A stretch of DNA of 62,823 nt, filler included, from Collodictyon triciliatum (Eukaryota), in NCBI GenBank assembly GCA_043381765.1. It is 5 parts of 5 records of this genome, joined end to end, with 100 filler letters (N's around TTAATTAATTAA, not from the genome) between each part and the next. Parts side by side here need not be neighbours in the genome. Positions count along the whole stretch, not along the records: positions 1 to 16,040 come from JBHJMP010001588.1; positions 16,141 to 32,173 come from JBHJMP010001589.1; 3 more parts are not named here. One strand, 5' to 3'. A model generated the notes under the pieces. The model had not been told where the DNA came from and did no database searches. It saw nothing but the letters and a program-made list of their open reading frames with translations. Position numbers and translations under genes: made by a program. Shown here piece after piece: positions 1 through 16,756 of this stretch. Numbering within the stretch: position 1 is the first letter of the stretch; the number at the start of each line of letters is the position of its first letter.

Positions 1-92
1 AAAAAACAAACAAAAAAAAAAAAAACAAAAACAAAAACAAAAACAAAAACAAAAACAAAAACAAAAACAAAAACAAAAACAAAAACAAAACA
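1..92. repeat. (AAAAAC)n microsatellite running directly into a CFAP57 3' splice site
   Basis: Directly visible. Confidence 0.95.
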
Positions 93-93
93 G

Positions 94-3000
94 GAACGGA
101 ATCTGGTACAGTGCGGTCCTTCAAATATCCACTCACAGGGGAGCATCAAGAGCATCAATGTCATCGAGGACATGTAACAAGAATGAGAATTTCATATGAT
201 GATTCGTTTTTGTTCACTGTTGGTGATGACGGCTGTCTTTACATCTTTGATGTCCGTGACAAAGAGGGTCGTCAACAGAAAAGGGAAAAAGATGCACCTT
301 TTGCCGAAGAGGTATGAAACATAGACGCTCTACATTTCATAATATCGTAATCATGGTCATGTTCATTACTTTTTTTTTCCCCCCAGTATTAAAGGTGACA
401 CCAATCGACCTAATCCCTACTCACAATACAAATAATAAGAATAATAATGAAAATGAAAAATAGATTTTAGTCACAAAGAGTGATTTGGAAGAGAAGACAC
501 AAGCTACACAAGAGCTGAAGACAAAAGTAGAGGAATTGACCATGCAGGTAACTATCTCATCACAAAGATTCAATATACGCCTAATTCAATAAAATAAAAA
601 AAATACATAAGAGATATAGTCAATCGAGGATATGCTGAACATATCATTATTCGGTACGAAATGTAGAGTGAGTACCAGATGAGGATGAAGGATTTGAGCC
701 ATACAGAAAAAATTAAGGAGATAACAGATCGCTTCACCCAAGAGTTGGAAGCAGACAAAAACCGATATGAGATTCTTATGCAAGAAAAGAGTGAAATGGA
801 AACAGATTACGAAGAGCGCATCAAGCAACTAGAAGAAAAACAGCAACAGCAAATTCAAGTTCATCCTTTTTTTTTTTAAAAAAAAAAACTTATTAAATAT
901 GCATATTTTTGCTTTTAATACCTGTGTGTGCAAACATTTGAAAATAATACAAATTTATTTAAACCAAGGAAATAGAGGCTCAGTTACAGCAGAAGATTAT
1001 GGCCGAGGTTGAACGATGCAATGCATTGATCGGGGAAAAGGATCAATTGAATCAAAGGTGGGAAGACCAGCAAGCCATCATGGCCGAAAATCATGAAAGA
1101 ATATTGCAGGTATGATATTCAATTCTTGCTCATACAAACGTAAGATAATCCCATCGTCAAAGTTTATGCATATTTCATATGCATGATTGCCTTCTGCGCA
1201 TTAACTTCCCTTTTCATGGTGAATAAACTAGGAACAAATTGAAGACTTTGATAACAGAATCAGTGAAAAAGAAATGCAACTTCAGCGAGCACAAGAGGAA
1301 AAAGAGGAGGTTTCGTCGTATTTTTCGAATTCTGATTTGATACAAGGAACTAATCAGAGTAATACCCGAACTATATGTGAAACTCAAATATTTGAATGTA
1401 TACTAATTGAAATTATCCCATAGCTTCTTCGTGAATTCGAAGAAACAAAGAAACAGATTGAAGAAGACGCTGACCGAGAAATTGAAGAGTTAAAGGATAA
1501 ATATGAAAGTAGACTGACAACGGAGAAGGACCAAGTCTCGACGCTCAAGGTACGAACTTTTTTTAATTTAAATTAAGTAATTATGCAATGGCGAAGGTTT
1601 TGTTTTTGATTAGTCATGTGTGTTATTGCCTAGAGTAACGTTTCTGCTTTAGGGAGCGAATGGAGTGATGAAGAAAAGGTTTGGTAGCCTTCAAGATGAG
1701 ATTAATGACCTCAAGGGAGAAATTAAGACACTTTTTGATGAGAAGAAAGGACTTTATGGTAGAATTGAATCACTCGAGAAAGATGTCTTGAATCACAGGA
1801 AAGAAGTAGGATATCTATTTTTATCAGTAAAGCAGCCCTAGTTGAATCATTTGTAAAACATCACATTCTTAAACATATTCATCGTTCCACAGATCAAAGA
1901 GCGTGACGAAACGATTAGCGATAAGGAGAAGCGAATTTATGACCTAAAAAAGAAAAATCAAGAGCTGGAAAAATTCAAGTTTGTGCTCGATTTCAAAATC
2001 AAAGAGCTGAAGAAGCAGATTGAACCGAGGGAGTTAGAAATTAATGAAATGAAGGAACAAATCAAAGAAATGGACCAGGTAAGCTCAAGAAGGCATTTGC
2101 GCATACCTTCTGTCCTTAAGTTTTCATAGCAATCCATCATATGTTTGAAATTTATCACAGCTTCAGGTCACGATAAAGCTAACCTGTCATCACGTAATGA
2201 TTCGATTTTGAGCATAACATCCTGAAATTGTATATCTGTCATAGGAGCTAGAAAAATACCACAAAAACAATGCAAACTTGGAGCTTCGAATTAGCGACCT
2301 GAATCTTAAAATTGATGGACTCAACAAAGAAGTTCTTGTCCTGCGTCGGAAGATAAGCGACCAAGAGGCTACTATAAAACGATTCCACACAGATCTTCAC
2401 GAAACCGTGCAGCACATCCAGGACCCAAAGGGACTTCGAGTAATATTAATTTTTGATCTCTCAATTACATTCACATACATGATTACAACACAAGACTATT
2501 TAATTTCACTACACCCTTTCACAAAGAGCTGCCCTACATATCTTCAAATATTTGGATTATCTCATACTATTCCTTAAAAAAAAAAACCTTAACTCACAGC
2601 ATTAATGTTTTAATTTCAAACAGGATAGCGTCAAGTTACTTTACCAAAAGCACGTTACGTATGCTGTACAAATGAGCCACATGGACACAGATATTGAGAA
2701 AGAGTACAGCCGACAGCGAGATTACTTGGAGCGCTCAGTTTCATCTCTACGAAAGAAGCTCACCAAGGATTCTGAAACACACCGCGCGGACAACATGAGA
2801 ATAATGCAGGAGAATGTCTCACTCATAAAGTATTCATTAAATTCATACTTAAATCTCTGATTTGAAGGCAATACTTTGAATAAATGTGTTATCATATCTG
2901 ATTAATTTTCCCCACAAATTGGCCAGTAGATTTTCTTTTCCCTCCTTTATGAGATTTAATGAGCTAGCGGATATAGAATTGCTTTGTATGATTAATATGG

Positions 3001-3477
3001 TTTTTGGATGCATCTGCTGAACTATTCCTTGTAATCTGCAGAGAAATAAACGATTTGAGGAGAGAAGTTCGAACTGCAAAACAGCAGCCCAGAAGAGAAA
3101 CACCTAGCTCTGCAACCGAGCGACGTTCGCCGCGCTTGTTCAAGTCTATGTCAGGCTCAGCGTCATTACCTTCACTGGACGTGGATAATACTAGAGTGAT
3201 TGAAATGCAACGTGACGAGATTCAAAGACTGCGTGACCAGCTTTCCCTTTATGAAAGTAATCTTCTATCTATCTTTTCGCCCATTCGATTGGCGAATATA
3301 CATTTTTTTTTTTATAATTGTCGCAAGGTCAGAAATCCATATTTGCACCTTTAATTCCCTCCAAACGAACCCATCTAATATGGCCGCGTTTATTATATAG
3401 CTACAAATGCTCTTGGAACAAAACCCTTATCGCGAGAGAAACTCCCACCCATGGACGGATTCGAGGATATACCGTAG
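94..3477 (+). CDS. CFAP57: Cilia- and flagella-associated protein 57 (WDR65/FAP57), 5'-partial, about 12 exons
   Basis: GT-AG splicing gives an open frame. It has the last WD40 repeat ([28 protein letters not shown]), [13 protein letters not shown], the coiled coil [47 protein letters not shown] and [19 protein letters not shown], all recalled as CFAP57 motifs. TAG stop at 3475-3477. Confidence 0.95.
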
Positions 3478-3889
3478 ATTCGTGATATATTGGGATACGA
3501 TACCGACTGCAAATGGTCGACTGAAGTTTCAATAATCCAGCAAGTAGCGAAAAAAAAATACATGCATAAATTCCCAGCAACTTGTATGTAGGATGGGAAC
3601 ACCAAGTTTTTGAAACGACTCAGTTAAATACCATAAAATGATAAACTAACAAAAACCCATATATTTTTGCCAGTCTTTTTTTTTTTAAAAAAAAAATATA
3701 ATCTAATTTTTTTTAGATTTCACATATCAGCACACATTGATACCTTTTAAATTTCATCAAATCATTCGATGTAAAAAGTACATACATAAATAAAATTCGT
3801 TAAATGAGAGCTTTCACTTAAAAGGGGTTGCAATCCCTTCGCATTGCGAACTCACTTCGTGCATTCCTTAAAGCTGACAAATCTTTCCT

Positions 3890-4930
3890 AGTTTGTTGGT
3901 GGCTGAGGCAACCAAGAAAACCGAAGTTGCTCTAGAAATCTGATATCATACTGGACCTCCCTACAAAGTTTAAGGTCATGAGCAAAAAAGCGTCCAAAGC
4001 GCATCCTCAAAGAGCGTCCGCCAGCCGCGAAGAACGAACGACAAGTAAAAGCCCCGCAAAAGAATACACCCGCCAAGCAGACAAGCGGCAACGGGGTCAA
4101 GGAAGCCAAGGCCAGGCAACAACAGATTCCGCAAGACTCACAGCAGATATGCACATACAGCGACAGCGACGATGACATGTAAGGAAATCTCGGTTCCTCT
4201 TCAGAATCCTCGCACTCGAGCCCTCCACCGCCAACACCAGACAAGCCCGTACATCGCACGACCCAAGAGCAGCGCATCTCCAAATCCCGAAAGAAATCCC
4301 CCCTTAAACTATCCATTCATACTGACTTGAATATGGTTAACATAGGAGGCCTCAAGGCAGTCATCATTACATATCCAGAAAGGATAACCCAAAGCAAAGG
4401 CAACACAAGAACCAGCGCTCATCAAAGATAGTCCGTTTATGCTGCCCTAGCCCGTCGCACCGAGAACCAAGGAGCAAGAGCAAACAGCACAAGTCGAATC
4501 CAAGCTTGGAACACCACACACCAAAGATAGTCCGAACAAGCAGGAGCGTATGTTTCTAAAACCACAAACGCAAAGCCATACTCGGTTAAGCAATGTCTAC
4601 TGCCGGCTACGCATGGTTCCGAAACCAGGGACGGTCAAGCGCCACTTCCGTGAATATCAGACAAACAACGATGTATCGCTTTCTGTCAGAGTCGCCCAGC
4701 AAGAAACGCAAGGAAAGTGACCCGTTGTCTCCTCAAAAGACTCATCCAGTGGAATGAAATAGGATATAAACTTGTCTGAGATAGATGGTTGAATGGACTC
4801 GTCGGAATCGATTTGAGAAGTAACTGCCATGTGCGTACTTTCATCGACCCGACAACTTTATCCGCTCTTCTGTCAGTCTCAAATACAACCAGAAATCGCG
4901 TTGGAGCTGATTCACCTCGGGTAGAATAGT
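3890..4930 (+). pseudogene. Decayed intron-free coding-like segment of unknown origin (possible mobile-element relic); includes a 54-aa ORF at 4593-4757 with a PIP-box-like motif
   Basis: A/C-rich, CpG-rich block between two convergent genes. One + frame is largely open with scattered stops and encodes K/R/P/S-rich sequence. No recognisable RT, transposase or integrase motif. Confidence 0.3.
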
Positions 4931-5255
4931 CTGACAAAAAAGCAATTCAACAATTGTGTATAGATTGGACGGAATGGCACGATTTAGTCTTGAGTTCGTA
5001 TGCCCGAGTTTAATATGGCTGTAGTATAACAAGGTATAGTCATCACAACTTTATCGATTTGTTTTTTAAGCGACCCACCCAGCGGGATTCAATCGCTTAA
5101 CCATAAAGAATTTGGGGCATTCTGGTTACTCTTTCAGATTAATTTTTTTATTCCGTGTTTTGCTCCAGAGTATCAATTTGACTTTCTTACGTATTTCACG
5201 CGGTTTGATTTTGTAGAATTTATGCTGTGCCAGCTAGGCTATCTTCAAGGGAATC

Positions 5256-6824
5256 TCACTCAAACTGAAAGACACTCCATATGTTCTTGGCATTATGAAT
5301 ACCGGTATGCGAGGAAGATTCTCCCTAAATGTGAAATGCCAAAGGTTGAAATGATTTATTCAATGGTGGTATAATGAGAAATATTTTGCACATACTACAT
5401 GTACCTGTCTAATGCACACAACATCTGGAATAAAGGGTAGGAGTGGCTCTGCAACTCCAGGAACACCTGAATAGAATAGAATAGAATAGAATAGAATAGA
5501 ATAGAATAGAATAGAATAGAATAGAATAGAATAGAATAGAATAGAATAGAATAGAATAGAATAGAATAGATAGATGAAAAATAATATAATTTGTTTTTTT
5601 TATACTCAACAGATTTATTTTATTGGTGTTGAAAAAATAAAATGAGTGCTTGTCCGATTACATAGACTGTTGTATTTTGAACCATAATTCCAAATGAACT
5701 TACTATCTATGTGAAAGTGGGGTTCTAATTGCCGAAGAATTGATCCGCGACCAGCTGGTGTTGAATGGAAAATTGCTTTCTGTTTAATTTATAGCTTACT
5801 AATCCACCCAAGTATGGAAATTTCTGAACAATAGTCCTTCAAATTTTGCAAAGTAATAGATATAATTGCTATCAACTTAAAATGGTTTATTGAATGTGCT
5901 GTAAAAAAGGAATTACGTGTGGGTTCATTCCTGACTCAAAGATTCCAGCGTCTTTTAGTGATTTTATTATTTCAGCCTCCTGTTCGTCACTTTCGCACTG
6001 AATCAGATTTTAGGGCGGGATTAGGAAATATAATGGTACATTCTACAAAGAATAGTTGATACAATACCTCGCTAATTAAGTACAAGTCGGTATTCTGTGC
6101 AAGGAAATGAAGCACTGGAATAGAATCTGGTATGACTTGGACAGATGGCTTCGTTGTGAGGATAACCTATCAACCAAACGGAAGAGTTGTATCAAAACAT
6201 GTTGCACCTCTGCGAAATAACCACGAGCGAGATGCACTATAGATGCTCTCTAATCGTGTGGCCTTTAAATATTTTGTTTACATCATTTGTGGCCAATGTC
6301 ACTTTTCTTCCAGTAATCAGGGAGGCGGGTACCACCGTTTCTTTTCCACTTAAAATCTAGAATACATTTTTTGACACATACTGCATCAGTAAGTACTTCT
6401 GTTCAAGAAACATAACAAAATAGCTATATTGTCACTGAAGGAAGATAACTCGATGAGCTAAAAAAGAAAACCCACTAGTTTGTGTGAGATGTTTGGTTCG
6501 AAGAGAATCGTGAAGCTTTAATATTTTTTTTTGTTTTTGTTTAGATGCTTTGTAAACTGATTACCTTTCCACCCGCACTCGAGGTTGATCGGGTGGCTGT
6601 GCGATGGCGGGGTTCATTCGCCCGATTTTCGGGATTCTCATCACGCGCTCGTGGGCGGGGTCGATTCCGATTCGACTGGGAGGTTTTATGGGTTATTTTT
6701 TTCCTGGCTGGATTGCTTAAAGGAGGTTCATATATGGTGCCATCAAGATTCATATTTGGGAGCAAGCAGTCTCTTTTCCTCTGAAACCCGTGATTTTTAC
6801 GCATTTTGAAATGTTCCTTGTGAA

Positions 6825-6856
<32 letters not shown>

Positions 6857-6860
6857 AAAA

Positions 6861-6904
<44 letters not shown>

Positions 6905-7092
6905 GAACAGAAACAAAACAAAACCTTCAAAAGCCACACAGTAAAGGCTATGGTTAAGAAAGTCAGAGCAAGAATGCCGGATCGTCGAACAGAGGACGCA
7001 GCATTCGTGTTTGCGGTTCCTGACACGACAGAGTTGAGCCAAGCGAAGAAGGAAGAGTTGTGTTGGCCTTGGGGCATCTGTGGCTGGCTCAT
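5256..7092 (-). CDS. PEX22: Peroxin PEX22-like protein (plant-type Pex4 membrane anchor), 8 exons
   Basis: N-terminal TM helix (GILALTFLTIAFTVWLL), then LAQNTDLYLISECESDEQEAEIIKSLKDAGIFESG and KAIFHSTPAGRGSILRQLEPHFHID. The latter matches plant PEX22 KVLFCSTExGRxSFVRQLEPDWHID as recalled. The last few residues are uncertain (possible 1-nt indel). Confidence 0.8.
5469..5570. repeat. (AATAG)n microsatellite abutting a PEX22 splice acceptor
   Basis: Directly visible. Confidence 0.95.
6824..6904. repeat. (AAAG)n microsatellite in PEX22 intron 1
   Basis: Directly visible. Confidence 0.95.
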
Positions 7093-7668
7093 GTGTCGAT
7101 CTGGATGTTTGTCACCACAGAGAGAAAACGTGTTCAGAACTATTTCTTTTTTATTTATTTATTTCTTTATTTATTTATTTCTTTATTTATTTCTTTATTT
7201 ATTTCTTTATTTATTTCTTTATTTATTTCTTTATTTATTTCTTTATTTATTTCTGTTGCATCTGCATCCTCTGTTGTGCCCCAGCGTGCGAGTCTTCAGA
7301 GGCCTGTCGTGAAGCACTTTGCGCAGATCGTGGCTGTTTGGGTGGCGATCTCTCAGGCCTCAACTTTCGTGAATTTATTTTCCAGAGATGGCATGAATCC
7401 CGGAAAGATTTGTCGGCGTTGGGGTTGCGATCTGCAATAATCCATTCGCCAGATTTCCTATTTTTTCGCCGCCTTCCGGTTGCTTTCTTACTCGCTCAAG
7501 CCTGTCTTGTTAGTTCATATTACGCAAGAATATATTACGTTTTATATTATTCTTTTTTGTTCAGCTATGTATTTTCCGTTTAGTGGATATTCAATTCTGC
7601 GTCTCAAACTATGCGTAGAGAGAAACCAACCCCAAAAATCGCGAGGCACATACTGCTACACAAGTCCG
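7093..7668. promoter_or_regulatory. Putative bidirectional promoter between divergent PEX22 and DNAAF2
   Basis: 576 bp between head-to-head start codons, with a CpG-rich core and a (TTTATTTATTTC)n tract at about 7150-7252. Inferred from position only. Confidence 0.5.
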
Positions 7669-10600
7669 ATGGCAGATCGCAACTTCGACATGACAGCGGA
7701 GGTTTTCTTCTTTTAATTCTACACTGAAGAATGATACCTTCATAGCAACTGTTTTCTCCCTTCTTATTAGTATTAGTATTCGTGTTGGCATTGCCGTTAT
7801 TGCCGTGCCACTACCATTATCATAATTATGAAATGTCAATATACTACCTTTTTTTTTTTATCCCACGACTTTTTCTTGCAGGAATCCAATCGTCTCGCCC
7901 AAGCAATGAAAGACCCCGAGTTCAGAAAACTTCTCAAGGAATACGCAGACGAGATTTCAGACCCCGAAAATCTTCGAGTGAGCAACGAATACCGATACAC
8001 ACCACACCACGAAGTTGATGGGCGTTGCTGCTCGATTACATGATGTTCCATGGAAGTCTCCGACAGAAATCCTTTTCATAGAATCATTTTTTTTTTGTCA
8101 CTGCATTTTTCTCAAATATAGCTCCGAGAGAAAGAACTTGCCATGATGGAGGCTGAAAGCAATGGGGCTGTCGAATTAATCCTTCCAAAACCAGGTTTCT
8201 GCTTCCGAACAAAAGGAGCAAAAGGAAAAGTCTGAATTCAGTAACATATATAGATAACTCGTCAATTTTTTTCATCGATGCCTTCTCAGAATAGACGACT
8301 TCAAATACAAATTTCATTTTCTTTTGTCTTATAATTTACTCTTTTCTATTCTACTGGTAAGTGACCTAACACACAGTGCCATAGACCTTCGTCAATATTG
8401 CCCAGAATGAGAAGGTTGAATCTGCTAAAGGGATACGGTCACCAGCTCCAAAGGGTGGGAAGGATGGCGGTGTGAGCTGGTCGATTCCCTATAGCCTTGC
8501 TCACCCAAGATCTGACAAGGATTCATGTAAAGCAAATCAATTATGAAAATGGTCTGCGCAATTAAATTTACCCTAATATTCAGGGACCATAATCTTCTAT
8601 TTCAATTTCAAAAAAAAAACCTTAGCGGGAGAGCTTTGCATGGTGTATGATTTTGTTGTCGCACCACAAACCATATCGATGATAGATAAGGATATCCGCT
8701 TCCAACAATTGTTGATAGAAACATCTCTTGAGGCAATCGAAAAAGGTTTCCAAGATAAGCTTGACAAAGGTAGATATCGATCTAGTTGGATTTTCGTTTA
8801 TTAATCTTCTTTTATGTATAGTATTTCAAATTAACTAACAAATTCTTGATCTTTCGAACTACTATTCATCTCAACGCGTTCCCGACTTTTGCTTGTCTTC
8901 AGATGTAACTGTAATGAGAAAGTTGCAGTACAAAGGTACCCAAATGTTATCTGAATCCTATTTCTCTCTGTATGTATGTATTTATATGATAGTTTAAATT
9001 AGGTGTTCCTGTCTCTGCTGTGTATAGAAGAGACTCAACAAAAGAAAATCCAATAACCCAATTGGAAGAGAATATGAAGCGAATGAGTTTCGTATGTAAT
9101 TCCACTGAATTTCTTAGTAATTCATTACGGAATTTTTTAATATCATTATCTTACCTCTACTGCGCACCCCTCAAATCTAAAAGATAACAATATTTTTTTT
9201 TCCTTGGCCCAGGATGGACAAGAGAATCAGCAACACAAAGATGAGCCTTCCAGAAAATCGACAAAGGAAACAAAATCAATCCCACAAAGAAAAATCGATG
9301 GTCCATCAGCGCCGCTTTTTTCAATCACCCACCGAGGCCAAATTGACTTGCAAGACTTTACAAATTCACGTTATCACCAGGCCTCGTCACGACCCAAGGA
9401 ATTGGTTGTCCAATTTCAACTTCCTTTGTTGGTAAATGCTTGGTTACAAACCCCTGCTGCTTTTCACATGTCATTCTTTTCAGAGCGAGGTGTATATGGC
9501 GGTTCATCCATAACCAAATACACTCCATTTAGAGCTCCAGTGTTGGATTGGATGTTGATATTGAAGGAAGAAGACTGTTATTAGAAAAGCTCCCTGAATA
9601 CAGACTTGAGGTATGATATTCGTTCCTGGCATATTTCTTTCTTTTTTTTTAAAAAAAAAAAAAAGGGTAATTTCTTTCCGCATGTATATTTTTGTGAATA
9701 AAAGATCGTTATTTTTCTCTTTTTCTCTGTTCCATATTGTAGACAACATTGCCATTCGAAGTGAATTCAGAGGATGGGTCTGCAAAATTCGATAAAAACA
9801 AGCGAGTTTTAGTCCTTATACTCCCTGTCATCCAGATTCCACAGGTTATTTCCTCTCCCAGGCAAAGAATAACATAACGCTGCCTCTACACATTACTGAC
9901 ATTAACCGCAAGTTACTTTTAATGTTTAATGTTTAATGTTTAATGTAATAAATTGTTATAATTTTATTAAGAGCCGTTTGTGTATATGACAATTTAACAT
10001 TGGTCTCTTTGATTGTAGGTGAAGCCGGAAGAAATGCCAGGAGAAGTATCTGAATTTCTCCATCTAGACCGGCACGGGAGTGTAATTTAACCGCCATACG
10101 AGTTTCAATGATGCTGTTTATATATTAATTAATTCGAAAAGCGTTATTTGGTTGAACAAATTTCCCCTTTTCTTTTCTTCTTTTGCAGATTGTGTCAGAA
10201 AAGATTCACGGAGAGCAGGAAACACCGATGAAGTCGAAGAACAAAGAGGAATCGAATCCTTTCGAGCATGATAGCACATCTATACTGAGGGACGATACCC
10301 TAACCGGATTTGAAAGCGATTCAGATTTATATGCTGAGGAAAAGGCCGAGTCTACCGAGGAAGTTGCATCCTTGGGTGTGCTCCCTCTTATCAAGATACC
10401 ATTCGACGAGACCCCAGAAGACACCGAGGTTGATGACTCACAAGCGTCCCTCTCTCCAGAGTAAGCTCTTTTTCTTTTCTTCTCTCTTTTATGTTTTACA
10501 GCCGCTTTAATAATTACTTGTCCTGTATGATGTTACGTGAACATGGACTATCTATACTATTTTTCATATAAAATATGCTTTCCAATAGCCATGGATTCGT

Positions 10601-11484
10601 TCCTGTGTTTGTTGCTGAACACGAAATGGAACACAATCTTGTCAGTACCGAGGAAAATGCATCTTCTATCGAAAAAAGAGCCAACCAAGATCGTTTTCCA
10701 TTTGATTTTAAACAACAGTTGTCTTCGTTGTCTATTGTCATCAGAGTACCCCACATAAAGCCGAAATTCAAAGCAGAGACTAGAGGCTTATCGGTAAATT
10801 TATGTAAAATCATGCGCAATCTGACGTAATAAAACATTTTCAGAAACTAGAGACTTCGTCCTTGGAACTACATTCCTTTCCAAATCAAATTATTGAAAGT
10901 GAAGAAACATGATGAAGCATAAACCAACAAAATGTTATCTCAATTTTTTATTTTAAAAAATTCAAAAATTTAGCTTGAGATTTCTTTTGAGGCAACACAC
11001 AACGAAGGAGATGCACGAGTTTACAATTTGGTTTTGGATTTAGAGGAAGATGTCACCAATATAAGGGCGGATCTTTCGGAAGAGAATCTCGTGAGGATCG
11101 ATGAATGATTTATATTGCAACTGCTTCTCTTTCTTTTTTAAGCTCTTTTTGCACACTTATCACAGCCTTCTGTTGTCATTTCGTTCACGCATTATCATTA
11201 TCATTATCATTTTATCGTTCACGTATTTAATTTCTAATCTCCCGCCTGCGCAACACAACTCTGAATAAAATCAGGTCGTTGTTTTGGCGAAAAAGACACC
11301 CAAACTGTGGAGCCTGCATACTTGGGAGGCCCAGCGTGTCGGGTCATCGCCCATCTGCGGCGCCATTGAAGAGACGGGCGACGTCGACTCCGAAGGACAC
11401 GCTGCTGTTGCGTTGCGCTCCACAACCGGCGAAACCATCCAATTTTCCGCCACTTCGGCACTTGATTTGGAGGAGGATGACTGA
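7669..11484 (+). CDS. DNAAF2: Dynein axonemal assembly factor 2 (Kintoun/PF13; PIH1 + CS domains), about 14 exons
   Basis: MTAEESNRLAQAMKDPEFRKLLKEYADEISDPEN, PKPGFCFRTK, TFVNIAQ, WSIPYSLAHPR, VYDFVVAP, RPKELVVQFQLPLL, GSAKFDKNKRVLVLILPV. All introns resolve as GT-AG. Confidence 0.93.
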
Positions 11485-11610
11485 TGAAGGCGCCCCGCGA
11501 TTTGTGTGACAGCGCCCCGAATGAATAAACTGTTTTCAACCAACAAAAAACGAAGGTGAAGAAAAGAGGGCGAGAAGAGATAGGAAATGAAAAAGGGAAA
11601 AATATTACTC

Positions 11611-11682
11611 TGAGCCCTACGTGAATCGAACACGCAACCTTATGATCTGGAGTCACACGCTCTACCATTGAGCTAAGGGCCC
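11611..11682 (-). tRNA. tRNA-Trp (CCA), intronless
   Basis: Reverse complement is GGGCCCTTAGCTCAATGGTAGAGCGTGTGACTCCAGATCATAAGGTTGCGTGTTCGATTCACGTAGGGCTCA. It forms a full cloverleaf with A and B boxes and anticodon loop CTCCAGA. A T5 Pol III terminator lies about 8 nt downstream. Confidence 0.97.
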
Positions 11683-11795
11683 ATTCTTGTGAGGGGGAAA
11701 AATTCAGATCAATATAATTTATAAATTCCATATTTGTCTGTTCCTCTTTTCGCCTTTCCGGGCAGAAGACGAATCCGTTGCGCGATCTGACGACC

Positions 11796-11868
<73 letters not shown>
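11796..11868. repeat. (AAC)n microsatellite, intergenic or 5'UTR
   Basis: Directly visible. Confidence 0.95.
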
Positions 11869-11972
11869 TTAAACTGCCGCGAACTCGTAGGAAAAGAAAA
11901 GAGGACAAAGAAGGCGGCAGCGTCTGCCTCTGGGTTGGTTCGCTTCTTCATTGCAGCCTTTCTGCAGAACTC

Positions 11973-15724
<3,752 letters not shown>

Positions 15725-16040
15725 AAAATACATAATTTTCATCAGAATATCAACTTTCATCTATGTTATTGATTTTATTTGAAGAAAAAAAATAATTTGA
15801 ATACTGGCAAAGCATCATCCATTTTACCAGCATACAAAATCTTGCTTGGTTTAAGAAAGTGTGATTTCTCAAAAAAATTTCTTTTTTTCTTTTTTTCTTT
15901 TTTTTCTTTTTTTCTTTTTTTTCTTTTTTTTCTTTTTTTCTTTTTTTCTTTTTTTCTTTTTTTCTTTTTTTCTTTTTTTCTTTTTTTCTTTTTTCTTTTT
16001 CTTTTTTCTTTTTTCTTTTTTCTTTTTTCTTTTTTCTTTT

Positions 16041-16140
16041 NNNNNNNNNNNNNNNNNNNNNNNNNNNNNNNNNNNNNNNNNNNNTTAATTAATTAANNNN
16101 NNNNNNNNNNNNNNNNNNNNNNNNNNNNNNNNNNNNNNNN
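16041..16140. other. Artificial linker (N44-TTAATTAATTAA-N44)
   Basis: Six-frame stop linker within Ns. Confidence 0.98.
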
Positions 16141-16756
16141 AGAAGAAAGAAAAAAGAAGAAAGAAAAAAGAAGAAAGAAAAAAGAAGAAAGAAAAAAGAA
16201 GAAAGAAAAAAGAAGAAAGAAAAAAGAAGAAAGAAAAAAAGAAAAAGAAAAAAAGAAAAAGAAAAAAGAAGAAAGAAAAAAGAAGAAAGAAAAAAAGAAA
16301 AAGAAAAAAAGAAAAAGAAAAAAAGAAAAAGAAAAAAAGAAAAAAAGAAAAGGAAAACAAGAACCACAAGAAAAGAAAAAGTAGCCTTGAGACCAATAAA
16401 CCGACGAGAAAGATAAGGAGCTTTGTGTCGGCTCTGGAATTTTCTTTGATAAGAAACGAAACTTGCACCTTGCACCTTCATTTTTTTTGTTCTTGTTCTT
16501 GTGAAATGCCATGAACGCAATAAAAGTGTCAGCTCTCCCTCCCTATTTTCTCGTACCCTGTGAATCATCAAGATAGCTTATGCTAGTTGAAGGACATACT
16601 TAACATCATAGTTTAATGCAAAATATATAGCTCTTCATGAATCTACTTGACGCCGCATTTTTTTTTTTGTATGTGCGTATATGTTTGTTTGCACCGCATA
16701 GTCTCCAAACTTCGAGTACTAAAGAACGCTTAGCAACTAGCAGAGAAGAAATTATT

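Noticed and set aside
94..11484. CFAP57 and DNAAF2 as a ciliary gene cluster
   Set aside because: Only two genes, separated by PEX22. Ciliary genes are numerous enough for this to be chance.
11611..11682. tRNA-Trp as a possible UGA-reading (shortened anticodon stem) tRNA, implying a reassigned code
   Set aside because: The anticodon stem has 5 pairs (one G:U). TGA, TAA and TAG all terminate genes here, and conserved exons have no in-frame stops.
16085..16096. TTAATTAATTAA palindrome recurring four times
   Set aside because: Artificial six-frame-stop linker inside N runs. Piece lengths descend, which indicates concatenation rather than biology.
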